In this document: positions 12,174 to 26,052 of the stretch, piece by piece
How positions within the stretch are numbered: position 1 is the first letter of the stretch
How the letters are laid out: every line of letters begins with the position of its first letter
Assembly: GCA_037447605.1 (NCBI GenBank)
Contig: CM074809.1
Coordinates: 1,788,689 to 1,852,688, forward strand
Reading direction: 5' to 3'
Length of the DNA stretch: 64,000 nucleotides
Source: Zygnema circumcarinatum SAG 698-1b
Lineage: Eukaryota; Plantae; Zygnematophyceae
Program-made: the position numbers and the translations under genes
The notes under the pieces: model-generated
Databases searched by the model: none
Told to the model about the DNA's origin: nothing
The model's input: only the letters and a program-made list of their open reading frames with translations

Positions 12174-14689
12174 AGGTCCAATGGAGCCGTAGATATGCTC
12201 ACTCTCTCTTTCCAGATTGTAATTTGGCTCCCGAAGACATCCACAACGGACTGATCACTTTCTTACATACAGGGGCTCTAGCAGAGGCAGAGTTCCTTTT
12301 GGCTAAAGCATACGACTTGCTTTGCTCATCAGAGAGCTTCACGAGGCATCGATCCAAAAGGGTCGGTAGGCGGAGACTCCGTCTATATGCTGTCAGTAGA
12401 ACAAGAACGTGACAGTGAATTTATGGAAGCCAGTGGATGTGTCTGATTGAAATCACTCCAACGGAACATTTTGGATGTGTGCTGCTGAGCAGAGCAATAT
12501 CTGCTTTGGATTGTGGCTGGGCCCGCTTTGACAAGATGACCTCCGATGCATATGATTGAATGGGTGATCAATGCCACATTTCGTCTGAGCAACGTAATAA
12601 GTATCAGCATTCAAATCTCACGTGCTCTTAAAGCACATGAAATCCCAATTTTACACAGCAGAATCAGCAGACCAAAAAGCATCAAAATCCAAAAACTATC
12701 CTGCTCGTGTGCTGAAAATTGCAGCTTCTGCATGGAAAAAGCTCAGCGGAGTGTTGGAGAGGAGATTTGATCCATTGAGAGGTAAACTTGGGCACTCGTT
12801 TTGCATGGCCCAAATGACGATCCTTAAGACAATCGACGATCCTCACTTCACAAGACCCCTAATGCCTCGTAATAGTGAACCAAAAGCCAACCTATGACAG
12901 CAGCTGAGCCTCTAGCCTTTCCAGGTGGAGATAGGAGATTGTCACAAAGCCCTAAGGAGCTCTTCCCATTCCACACGTGAGTCGCACTGCAAGAAACTAA
13001 GTTGTTCTGTTTACATTTATCAATTTTGAGAATATTTGCGGCTGCGCCACCTGCCGAGCAGCCACGAGTGAGGGCTATCCTGCATGGGCCAACAGTGAGG
13101 AACAGAGCAACACCAGGAGCGCTCCTGATCTCTCTCCGAGCCAAAGGTCTGGATGGCAAGCCACCCATCCGCTGCTCTCGGCCTTAAAAACGGTGAATGC
13201 GGGGGACATCGCATCCATTATAGCAGTGCCTGTGAGCCAGCCAGGGGCTGTGCTGTGCACGCTGGGGCAGTGAAATTGGAGAGGCAAGGGAGTGCCTCAC
13301 AAAATGGCGCTCCTGCAAGCACAGCATGCCAGGGAGACAGGTCAACATCACGCAGGACAGCTGTCTACTATAGCGAGAGAATCGCTGAGCTGGATCTTCA
13401 GTAAGCAAATGAACATCAAATCTACCTCCACAAAAACTTCCACAGTGTGTTACGACTTATTCCGTAGTCCCCTGCCAAGAGTTTGAAAAAGGGCAGAACA
13501 TGGAAGGATCTGAAAGAGATCCACTCCTCATGGATAAAGAAACTCAGCTACTCTGTTTGTTCTCTTTCACTATACAACATGGAACCGCAACGGCAGCTAC
13601 CAATGAGGGCCTCGTCGGCACCCTCAATGGCAACGCTTTTACTATTCCTGGCCAACTGCATGCCTTCGTTTGTAGAATAAACCAACCTAAAACTGTTTCC
13701 GTTAGCAAAAGGAAAGACTGCTTACAATCGTGCCTCAGAGGATAAAGGTGCATTAGTAGTCATGGTGACCATTCCTGAAGAATAATTCACTCCTCTGACA
13801 CGCACATGCAGGAAGAAGGCTCATCATCGGCTCCCAGAAATTTACAAACTCTCAAACAAAGGACGTGCTTGACCTGAACAAACCCTACGGTAATCTGAAA
13901 AAAGCAAGTCTCACACAACCACCTCTGACTGCTCTCACTAATGCAAGGGCGGCTTCGCTTTTGCTGGCAAACAAAGTTCCGCCAAAAGTGCTCCCTTTGA
14001 TAATGACCGCTATACATAGTTTCGGGGCTTCAGCAGTGTTGCTTTGATTTTGTGTCTGCAGCAGGGCAGGACATTGCCTGCACTGTCGAGAATAGCGACG
14101 TTTGTATTCATCACCAGCCCCAAAACCTCCTTTGGATGAGAAACCAGTCGACCAACCAAATCCGAATCAATAGTAAACAATTTTCCCTTGTTTGCGTCAA
14201 CCGACAGTTGACCAACAAGATAAAGATTAGGCTAAGTGCTTGCAGTGCCTACAAAGAAAGTAAACAGTTACCCAGTACAGTCCCTTTCTATTGTGGTGGT
14301 GAATGGATGATTAAACAGATGACAGAAGGGATGACTTCACACTAGCACTTACTTACTTCCCTCTGGATGTCTATCTACGAGAAGCGAAACCGAAGTCAAA
14401 GGAAAGCTGTACTTTTGAACTTACCTGCTAGACGTCACTTTGGGTTTCAGGATGGGTTGCAACTCCATGGAAGTTGAACCCGAACGAATATCAATCAGTT
14501 CATATCCTCCTTATGTGCCCGTAAGGAACTCCTCCGCGTCTATGAAGCTGGGTCGCTTCCAAACCTATCAGAATTCTTGTGGAGATGGCTCCTCGAACAG
14601 ACGTGCAACTCCATGCGTCTATTCTTCTTACATGACCAGGCAACCTTGCTGTATACACTGGATTGGATACTAAGCATACTGCGTTCCCA

Positions 14690-17600
14690 TTAAAGACCCG
14701 CCCTACGTCGGCCAAGCTGATCTTGATGGCAAACAAAGTGTACCACCATATTATTGGGATAGACAGCAAAAACTGAGCTGCCAATGCGCTTGTGGCAGAT
14801 AGCACACGACTGTTCACCCGATACCTTAATCATACGCTGTCGTTGCACCAAAAGCTCACTACGAACCTGTCCAGAGGCAACCAAACGATAAAAATAGAAT
14901 CAATAGGATTTGTACACGAGGTCTAAATAGGAATAATACCCATCGAAAAAAGCTCTTCGTAAAGGATGTGCTACAAAGCTACATTGGTGAAAGAGACTAC
15001 TTGCGTAGGATAGACTAAACGTTACCTGGAGGTTCTCTGCTCTACGGAGTGACTTGATAACAGCACCGTTACGTTGGAGTTCAGACGCTTTCCTAATGAT
15101 AGGTTCCAGATATTGAATCACATCCTGTTTTCCCTCAATAAAAAATGCACACGATAGGAGTGTTAAGCAACTGGCACGGCCTCGGACTTCTCACCATTGA
15201 ACAAACCAAAGGAATTTTTTTTTCTTTCCTACAACCTGACAGCTTATGCTACAACAGAACCGCCTTGGACCTCCTACTGCACCCATTTAGCAAGGGAACT
15301 ATGACACAAGAGAGCAATCAAGTGGTTGGCCAATATTGGCCACACCCGGGGAAGCAGGGCCTGGGCGATACCTTCAATGGTGTCGATGGTGGCAACATTG
15401 CCAAAGCTGTGGAAGGATTGATCCGATCCCATCGTTTCGCCATGAACGCAAGAGCTTCTTGCAGCATTACTCCTTTATCCAAACCCCAGTCATCCCCAAT
15501 CTGTGCAGCTCCACTTCCTTTCGACGTTCTAGTAATGTTCCTCTGAACTTTGTCTGCCACCGACGTGTCGCCATTGGATAGGAGTTCTCCATTGCTATCA
15601 AGGAGTGCACCTGTTAGTTTGGAAGGTGGATTTAGCTTCGTTGGTCTCCCATTTCCTACTCCAACTTCTCTTGTAAAAGATGGAGCAGGAGATTTTGCAG
15701 GGGGCAAAATTGCAGTTAACGTCCGATTGAACTCCTTGATGGTATAGGTTGGCTCGAGATAAACTTGCAGAAGAATGATATAAATGGTGGCGGACTCTCC
15801 AAAATCAGGGTTGGTGGTCGATGCCCCTGATGTACGGTACACTTGGTCGCAATAATCCAAACACTGCTGTACAGCACGCATCTGCCGCCACCAACATCCT
15901 TTAATCCAATGCATTAGACGAGTTGCTCTTGAAAACGAGCTGACCTGACAAAAGGTAGGTCGATATACTGTACATTGTCCCCTGCGGTAGAGCGATCGAA
16001 AGCCAATGACACTTGCCGAGATAAAGGTAACTCAAGCAAGGCGCGTCTAGAGTTCCAAAACATGTCACAATGAAAAGTTTTCAAACACCATTCTCGAATG
16101 TCATAGACTATTCCTCATGGCCAGCACAAATTTGGTTCAATGTAAAGCCTAGTTTACTAAAATATTTACCCACCTTGCGTGCATATAATGCCAGCGCAGG
16201 CAGGTGAAGCCTCATCTTTGCTAACAAAAGTGCCTGCTCCATGTGCATGGCCTCTCGTGGCAATCTGGCCAACATCGTTGCAGGGGTGTAGTTGGATGAT
16301 ATTTCCAAAATTGACATCAACTTCCCCCGAGACTCGTTCAAGCAGGTTTCATCCCAATATCCTCCAGTAGTCAATATTTTCTCACGCTCCTCCAGTACAC
16401 GGTCCAAGTGCAATTGAACCTGCGCAGAAGCAAACGAGAATAAAAAACCATATGATAAAATATGTAGTAGAGATGTTGACCTATGTCAAGGCCATGCCTA
16501 ATTCTGGCCATGGCAGCCACATAACTGGGTTCCACTGAAGCAAGGCCATCACAAATATCCTACGCATTCGCAAAAGCTTACCAATTCATCATGTAAGCCT
16601 GCAGGGGCTTCTGCATCTCCTACTGTTCCCAGAAGATGCTCCAAATATGCAGCTCTCAAAGGGGGGCAGTAATTCTTAAAATGCTCCAAAAGTAGTCCTG
16701 ACCGCGTCAAACCCAATACTCCAACCACACAGTGAGTACATAGCAATTTGCATTACAACAATGCAAAGTTTCACCTAGGAACTATACATGAGCACGTGAG
16801 TTACGGACATAAACAACGGGGAAGACTTTATCTCATGTACCTATACTTCATAATCTATCATAATAGACTACTTGAAAACTAAAGTGCAGGATCCGCATGA
16901 ACCTGTTGGAAGGGGCGGGTCGAGAGAAATGAAAAGTTGGAGTGCTTGTTGAGGATGCTCCCTCAAAAGCCATTGCGAATACTCCAAGATGAGACTGCTT
17001 TCCTTTGATCCCAGTGCCTGCGAATCACGCCCACATTGTGCATCTCATTCAAGCGGCTCCTTTGTAAAACCTTGCATACAAAGTCGTCAACAAAAATCAA
17101 CAGGCGTCAGAGGCTTTAAACATTGCCCCCTAACTCCTGTATAGTACGAAAAGAGTTAAATGGAGTGAATCAATGTAGCAAACGGGTTAACAAGAAAGAG
17201 GAATGAACATTGTACTTGCTGAAATGATAGACAACTAACTGCAACTAACTACTACTGGTTATGTGCTAACTAGCACATAACCAATACGACAAGGATATTA
17301 ATAACGGCCTCACCTGCAAATATTCAATGGTGGGTTTTGGTCCATCCACCTTGCCAAGCTCTTGTAGCAATTGCAATGCCTTTTTATGAAGGCCCCTCCG
17401 CCTATACAGGGTCACAAGTTCCAAAAACTTCCCAGCTTCCCGCATCTTGCTCGCACAAACACTCGCATCACAATAATTTGGCCCCTCCAACAGCTGGAGG
17501 AGCACAGCAGTCGCATATGACATCGCTGCGTGTTGTACGATGGGTTTAGCCCCTAATCTGATAGCTGATTCCGATGCCTTCCGAAAGGCGGAAGTTCGGG

Positions 17601-20600
17601 CAGCGGAAAGAGCTGTATCGGTTGCAGAATGGGTGTCTTCAGATGAAGAAATTTGCAGGCTCGAACTGGATTCAAACTCGGCGATTGGTGCTGAAGAATC
17701 TAGAACCAAGAGGGCTTGCACAAGGGCGGAATCCAAAACCGTCGCATAGCTACGAGCCATGTGACTGACCTTCATTTTGTCGTCTACAGTTGCAGTACCT
17801 GCCTGAACTGCGAGGTCTCCCTTTTTCTTCTCACCAGCAGTCGAAAGTCCGCCTGTTCTTGTGTTTGATTTCTCTTTGGCTCCTTGTTTGAGCAATTCAG
17901 AAACGTCCACTTCAGACTGCTCGGAATCTGCCTTTTGTACGGCTGCCAATCTCTTGCCTGTGAGGTATGCAACCAATGCCACTAAAGCTTGGGCAAGCTC
18001 GCTGCCTTTCAAGGGCTCTTCCGGCCCAACCCCATCAACATCCCTGTTTCCAGAAGAAAACTCGAAGCTCTCCGGACCTTCCCAGCTATCTATGCAAGCT
18101 TTTGAAGACTCTGATGAAAGTGCACTAGGATGAGCTTCAGCTGATAGTTCAGCGGAAACATCAGGAAGTTGGATTGACGGAAAGAGGTGCAAGACAGATG
18201 GAAGGTCTAATGTGGATTTGGAAAAGTGTTCCATAGCTTCCTCGAACTTTCCATCACTGAAAAGATGATAGCCATATCTGGAGAAAAACGAAAAGAAGAC
18301 GCCAGTGACAAAGATAACCCTTTTAGCAGTCCATTTTCATCAATGTCCCGTAATTCCACAACTATTAAGAGCAGCAAAAATGGTCTGGCTTATACTCTAT
18401 TCAAACTATGTTCAAAGTTGACCCGAAACCCAGTGAAAGTCTTGGAAGAAAATATCTACTCTCCTTAAATACCCTCTATAATATGGACACGACTGTAAAA
18501 TGAGCTCAACAACGAGGCGCTTCCCGAGTCACATCAAGCTGAGAAAAAATCTATGCAGATATTGTTGACCGAAACTCAACCAACCATTGGCCATGATACG
18601 GCCTCATACTGACAATTATTAGTTCGCTTGCTCTGCACAATTCTTTGCCTCTCCAGGGAATTCCCCCCTAGTGCATTATGTAATTTGCAGGTATTGAAAA
18701 TTTACAAGAACCTGAAGCTTCTGTACTATCCCATTCAGGAGAACAAGGTCGCAGTGATGATGCGACTTACTGAATGTGAATGGAATCCTCTTTCGATGCT
18801 CTGACATGTGCATCGTCTGGGGGCAAAAGGGCACACAGAGCCAACGCATCCTTATACTTCCCGGCAACTGCAAGTTGCACAATCTGCAGTATGCCCAAAA
18901 TGAGCCAAGTCACAACTCAATTGTATGTGCAAATCAAGAATATCACTGACACGAGCAATACAAGCTCCTCAAGTACCTTTTGCAATTCACAAGAAACACA
19001 CCCAAAAAGAAAGGGGCTTCAGCTGTCAGAAACGAACAAACGGCTGTCTCCTTCAGAGAGAGAAGTTGAAGCTCCCACTTGTGAAACTTATCACAGAATA
19101 TTGTCCACTGCATAGACGGCAAATTAAGAATGCAGTCCAAAAACTGCAGCATTCAAAACAACGAGTTAATGTTTAGGGAAAGCCCTTACTTGCACACCCA
19201 AAGGGATGGGCTTGAGATAGTGGACATCTCTTTCAGACGATGCCAAAATCCCCGCCATACTCCCTGAAAGCGAAGTGATGTTATTGAAGGCAAATGTTTG
19301 CACCAAAGCATGCCCGGGCCTGAGAGAGCGGACCTGCACAAACCAAGGATTCCAAGATGCACCCAGACCCTCAATCAAAAGCAATTCGACGATCATAATT
19401 TTTTTCACCGCAAGATGTTTTACAATGAAAAGCAGGACCTTGGTTAGCGATAAAGCTCCTTCCACGAGGAAGGCTTGTGTAAATTTCAGACAATCCGTGA
19501 TTCCAACGTCACACATATTGTCAACCAGGTCCAACATCTTTAGTCATTTCATGCTCAATATTAATAAAGACAATATCTCTAGAAACAGCCAAGAAAACGT
19601 ACGTAACTACGGCAAGCAAAATCAGGACGATACACATGAATAGTTAACAAGCTTCAGGTAACTCCATGATAAATGACGCAAGACAGTGATAGCCAGCCTC
19701 AATACCAAAGCAACTCAACGGCTACACCATCAGAGTGGAAAGGAGACCAGCAGACGGATTGAATAAAGCCTTCACTTCGCTTCATTGTGTTGCTTTACGA
19801 ACAGGAGATTCATCATAATACGGGCCTCGTCCTTCCTGCAGCAGAAGGCACTACCTTCTCTGCTGGAAAACTTTCAAGTATAAGTTGGCTTGACGACAAT
19901 CTAGCAATACCGCAGGTTGCACAAACGGATCTCCAGCAAACCTAGCAGTGTGTTCTCTCAGTCAAGATTCTTCTGTGCCAGAAGAATCTTGGTGGCCATT
20001 GATAGGAAACGGCCTCAAAGGAACGGGAAAATAAAAAGCGTCTGTAACTCTAATGCTCGACTTTTTCAATCGTTTGTAACATTGCAAGTTCGTCTACACA
20101 AACATCACGTCGAACCAGTCAGATCAAGAGAACACGATGGATCAAAGATAACAGTTCTATTCAAGCTCTAAGTACAATCTTAATTACCTCAATGAATCGG
20201 GATAGCTTGCCAACAACGTAAGGTGGAGAAACAACCACTGCCAACGGAGCTTCCGACCAACTAATAGCTTCGCCTGGGCGGGTAGACTTGCCCTGATTGT
20301 CGACAAATACACTTATGTTATCCTGTCAAGGGGGAAAAAAGGAGCGGGGCAGGCAATATCAATCACACTGAATGCTTCACTCATACTAGTAACTCTCTTC
20401 CTCTCAGAATCTCAACAGGTGACTGCACATCACGACATAAATTACTACTAATAAATACTGGAAAACGAAAAACAAGGAACAAACAAGAAAGTACAAAATC
20501 CATCTGATATCCCACTCTAGCTTTGAGGAATTGGCAGCTGATGTCTACGAAAGTGACACAAGAAGCAACCTTGTCCCAAACTTTCATTCCCAACATGTAA

Positions 20601-21809
20601 TAACAACTAAGAATGGATTGCATGTTGACTAGTCAACGAAAGCAATCTGCGAGGCAAGGTGACAGATATGGAATGACGATTAGAAAATAAAACGCTATGT
20701 TCTTCAACTCACCTTCCCTAACAAGAGCTCTGCCCCTGGCAAAGCCACAGCCAGGGGAGGGGCAAATCTGCCGCTTGAAGAAATTTCTGTAAGTAGGCCA
20801 GAAATCACGTCCACTACCCAGTACTCTCGTTTGTTTATCAATCCCACCAATACGCAGTCTCCACTCCAGGCCATTGTCCGCACAGTGTCCGATATTAAGA
20901 CCTCCTTCATTTCCAAAAACTCTCGATTGCCTGCCCATCATAGATGCATGATCATGGCTCTGTGACCATCCCGTAATGCATAAACAAGAAACTTCAACCT
21001 CGTTGGGTCCAAGATATTGGCATGAAAAACAAGAGATTGAACAAAAAACGTGAACAACCACCGACCATCATCACTGATAGAGAATACAAAAATACAAGCT
21101 CATGCGGACAAAGCTGCCAGATAAGTTCGAACAATGTTGATTCGAGACTGATAGACTTCGGATGTAGAATAAAAATGCCAATGTACTGAAACATAGATGG
21201 AAACAATTTTTTACTTGAAGCTTTTAGCCATTCCAGCAGGTACATTACTTGCCGCTCACCATTAAAGCAAATGCTTCATAACAAAAAGGTTCTGAAATTA
21301 GAAACTGAAATTATCCTTGCAATCTAAAGGTAGCAGAAAAGCCAAATACTCAACAAAACTTGTTTAAAGCAAACGTTAAAATCCAAAATGCTTCACTTAC
21401 CAATGAACTTAACGAAAACCAGCTTCTTCTTCACTGCAGCACAGAGAATCCCCCTTCCGTTGTTCCACGAATAAATATTTGCGCCCCTTGTTTTCCCAAA
21501 ATGGGTAACCATATCAAAATCTGGGAGCGAGTGAACACTGACGCCATCCGCGAGAGTGATCAGCAAACGTTTCGAATGCAAGACTTCCATCTGTAAAATC
21601 GATTTCCTTGCAAAACCAATGCGGGTCTCCACAGGCTTCAAGTGATGCGCAGCATTCTGCACTTGTAAGTCCTCCGTAGGCTCCCCATACACCCGCAGAG
21701 AGCCGTCGCTGCAGCCGACGAGCAGGCTTCCCTCCCACATCGCAGCGCACTCCACCTTGCTCGCACATCCCCGCACCGCCGTCCATGCGTCGAACGCGCG
21801 GTGAGCCAT
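14690..21809 (-). CDS. VPS39: Vacuolar protein sorting 39 (VAM6/VPS39, HOPS subunit), multi-exon
   Basis: First exon 21809-21401 reads MAHRAFDAW...LLVGCSDGSLRVY (CNH domain start). Internal exons encode WNPWFVQVRSL, LDSALVQALL, FLELVTLYRRRGLHKKALQLL and ESRGKLMSILEISSNY. C-terminal IKSLRRAENLQV and CAICHKRIGSSVFAVYPNNMVVHFVC give the Vps39 C-terminal finger. Not every internal boundary was resolved. Confidence 0.94.
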
Positions 21810-22027
21810 CGCTCCCTCCCTCCCCTCCCCTCTCCTCTCCTCCTTCCCTCCCTCCCTCCCTCCCTGCAGCGTTGGCGGTGCAGAGTGGAGGGGAGGGCAG
21901 CGCCAGTTGCCGCGGCACGAAACGGCTCTTTTTCCTCCGCGCGTGCTCCGGCGGAGCTTGAAGCGCAGGGGGGCAGACTCGCCCTTCCTGCACGCGCCTG
22001 CCTGCACCTGCCTGCCTGCCTGCTCGC

Positions 22028-25000
22028 ATGCCGATGGTTCAGACTGAACCCAATGTGCGCTGTCTCGACAATGCTGACAAGATTACGGAGAGGAACGGCA
22101 GCGCTGGTCGTGTTGCCTGGTCTGATTGTTCTCAAAAGGAGTCGTTAGGCCACCGAGTTGCAGAATTCAAGTTGCCAGAAAATTTGAGAGTGCATGTAAG
22201 GGCGAATGCAGGACTTGGATTTTGCAACATCAGCAGCAATGTTTGCAGCTCAGACGCACTACAGACCCTTTTTCAAGAAAAGAAAGAAGGCGCTCAATTA
22301 GTCCTGTCTCGCTTATTTGACCTTCAGTGCCTTAGAGCAACTCAGCAGGCCATTCTACAGCAACTTATCGAGAAAGTACCACAGCTATCACATGGAAGTG
22401 CAGCAAAACACGGTGCAAATGAGATTCTTGGCGTGCGCATACGACGGTTTTTGAAAAGACTTAGTATGAAGGCCGAAGCTGGAGCGAGGAGAGTCTCTTG
22501 CGCACTTGAACACAGGACACGCATGGTCGAGGCTGCGGTTACTTTTGAGCCTAAAGTTCAACTATCAGCATGGGAGCCACACGTAGGAGATACTTTGGCT
22601 ATCCTCGTCACTGTACCCCCTCCCCGAGGAATCGTTGACAGGCTACAACTCTCGATTCTGTGAGCGCAGCCAATCCCATACTTTATTCCTCGTATGTGTA
22701 ACTTTCATGTTAAGGAATGGCATTGTTTCCGGGTGTTATCAATATAGCTGCCACTTTTGCTGATAGTCGGCTTGTCGTGTTTTTGCAACGATGACGGAGT
22801 TGATCACGCGTACTTCGAGGCACTTTCTGTAGCCCTAGTGCATGTTGTCTGACATAGCTCTCAGTCAAGTGACACATTTGCTTTTCTTAAGTTACAGTTA
22901 GTTTTACTATTTCGAGAGAATTTCGTTTTTAACCACTGTCGTTCCGATTTCAAGTGTGTTGAAGGTTGGAGTCTATAATGCGATACACGTGAGCAGTAAC
23001 TGTAGCTTAAAAAAGCGGTAAAATCAGTGTAATCAGAGTGTTACAGGAAAGATTGAGTTAACCACACAAAGGATTTGCTACGCGTGTCGGCTATCGAGGA
23101 ATCTCGTCACAGAGTTTTTCAATGGAGAGGACCTTAACAGTTAACTCTATAAAGTAGATGTTTCAGTGCATTTTAGCTGTTTTTTAGTTTCTTTAAAGCA
23201 TTAGTGGCAAGCGATGTGTTTGGGCCATGACGTCATGCAGGAAGCAAATGGAAAAGGTTCCTTTGGTTGAGGTTAGATGCAATGGCCAGATAGTTCCAGC
23301 CTATCGGTTGGCTTCTGATCCAGCCATTTGGCGGGCATTGGTGGCTTCAACACCTCTGGATGAACCCGGAATACGGAAAATAGTGGTATTTCTCTGCCTC
23401 TGCCTCCTGACCCTCAGACAGCCCATTCAGTGCAGCCTCTTGACCTTCTCAATTTTGTTCACTTTTCTTCTGAATATGAGTGTAACTGCCTAAAGTGGGG
23501 CGTTCCAGATCCTTAAGTTCATGTTTTTTGCAAGCTCGCTTGTTTTTCAGCGTTTCCGTTTTTTCCTTTTTTTTTGAAAAAAAGGAAACGCTGTAGTGCC
23601 CGTGGTCTCTTTGGGGTTATCCTTCGAATTCATTTCAATGATATATATTTGTGGCAATGTGACAAATCCGACGCCTCTATTTCAAGTCGTGGAGCTTTCG
23701 GATCAGCCCACACGAGGTCACATCAGCCAAAGAGATATTATCATGAAGCAACTTGTGGCTGGATACTGAAATATATATGCAGGCTTCTGTTCCCTTGCAT
23801 CACTTATCGTGCCATCCCAGGTACAAGTTAGGGACGGGCGGCATAGGCTTTATGCGGCACAAGTTTTGCTGAGGCAGCGGGAGTTTCCAGTGGAGGCAAT
23901 CTGGTTGCCGCAGGAGAAAGTTGGACTTAAAGGTGAGCATGCATGCTTTGCAAACTGCTGATGAAGGATTCAAGAATTCATCATGTGCGGTATCTAATCG
24001 AAAAGCTCTTACTGATCAAGTAGAACAAGTCTTTGTCCTTAATCTTATCAGGGAGCTTTATTTGAAGAATCCTTTTCCTATTTGTGGTTCAAACCTTTGC
24101 CGATGTGCAGGTACAGACATGGAGATCGCTGTAGTGAAGAAGTTTCATTCCCGACAAAGTGGAGACCAGCACTGGAGGTTGCCCCTGGTCGTACCGTGTG
24201 AGGGTGAGGTGACAACTGAATATGGACTAAAGCGCTACTATAATGGAGTATTTGCTGAGCGGTATGTTCCCATGTTACTTGAAACTCTTCAGTTTTTATG
24301 AATAGCATTCAATGTATTCCTCTCCAAGACCATACTCCTCTTCAATCATCCCATTTAAACTTTAATCTTGCTCTATTGCATGTCATCTGTTGAAAATATA
24401 TAAATTCAATCAAATACATCGAACAAATAAATTGTCTAGCATCGCAGGCATGTTCGGATTTTTTTTCGTTTTGCTCATCACTTGATGCACATATGGATTG
24501 TGCATAGGAAGTCCTTTGGAGATTCGACGATGGCTACTTGCTGCCCAGCCTAAATGACAAGAATTTCCATGTCAGTTTTTTGGTACTAAAGTGCAATTGT
24601 ACATTCATCCGTTGAGTGTCTACATCCCTTCCTGTCTGTCTGGTTTTTCCTGGTTGGCACTTTCCCGTTAACTTTGAGACTTTTGTGGTACAGATATTAC
24701 CATCGAGGCATTGACTATGGAGCGGATGTTGGGGAAGTAGTACTAGCACCGGCAGGCGGGCAAGTAGCCCTTGTCGGACGCGAGCGAGAGGGGTTTGCCC
24801 TCCACGGCAATTGTGTGGGTCTTGACCACGGCCAGGGGGTGACATCTCTCCTTTTGCACCTCGACTCAATTCTCGTCAGGTGAGAGGAAAGGGTTAAAAG
24901 CAACAACATCGTTATCTAATTGTGCTTTTGTGATTGTACGGTGTGGAGTGTCATCAGCCATATTGTCTGCGTGACAGCTTTGTCTGGTGGTCCTTTTTAT

Positions 25001-25497
25001 ACATGTATAGTTATGTTACTTTCTCCCAAGCAAACTTTTTTCTCCCGTTGGCAAATAGAGGTAACAGTTGCTGGATGTTTGCTTGGGAAGGAGGGCAGCG
25101 AAGGGACTCTGGTAAAGGCGGGCCAACCTGTTGGAACAGTGGGCTCAACGGGGATGGCAACAGGGCCTCATCTTCACTGGTAAGATCATTTACTAAGCTT
25201 CTAGTGTTGCAATCCTTTGACATTTCCAGCTCTGCACACATCGTCGACCATTGCTGGACAATTAAGTCGTTCGTGCTAGAAGGCTCAGAACACGTACCTC
25301 GTCTTTCGACAATGGCTGCTTCAATATATGATCCCACTCTGAGAGGTAGCCGGCAACAATGTTAGCAGGACTACGGTTTATATTGTTTGCAATTACAACT
25401 AAGTGGTGTGGAGGGTGCTACCTGGGACAGGGGCTTGTTTGTGAATGGGCAGTGTGTTGATCCCAAGGTCTGGATGGAGCCTCAGGCCTGGAGCTGA
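22028..25497 (+). CDS. M23-family zinc metalloendopeptidase of cyanobacterial type (peptidoglycan hydrolase-like) with a long N-terminal extension; probably plastid-targeted
   Basis: In-phase exons 22028-22659, 23241-23385, 23821-23932, 24111-24261, 24694-24879, 25099-25179 and 25431-25497. Intact HxxxD (HRGID) and HxH (GPHLHW) zinc motifs, plus RYYNGVFA, HGNCVGLDHGQG and GSTGMATGPHLHWGLFVNG. The start codon is uncertain. Confidence 0.9.
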
Positions 25498-26052
25498 CCT
25501 TGTTTCTGCCAAAACTGGCGTCATTATAGGTCTTAAAGAATTAGCTTTCGCGATAATGGTATACGTATCTTCTTTTACTTCTGTTAGTCGATATGATCTC
25601 TAGATATCTCTAGGCATGGTTCTTGTGGGCATAAATTAGGACAGGGTTGGAACAAGGTCACAGCAGTCAGGTACTTTAGTTTCTCACTTGGGATGGCGTC
25701 ACTTATAGCAAATCATAAATTGAAAAACTGCACTATTCAATTCAGTACTCTTCACAGGATGTGTTGAATCCGTGTCAAAAAAAAAAAAAAAACTATTAAA
25801 TTTTCAAACTGAATGAAACCATTGAATGGAATCTCTCTTCATTTCTTCTAGTGAGTGGAGTATCTCATTTGGTAACAACTTGACTCACTCCTGCGAAGCA
25901 AGTTCACAACAGTCCTTATGCTCACCGCCCTTCCTCTAAACCCTTTCAACTAAACCCTTTCAACAAGGGCGATGAAATAGTAACCTTGGGTTAGTGTTTC
26001 ATCATTTTCGCCATTGGCTCTTCGAGGGCGAGTGTCCACCTGCGTTCAGAGG

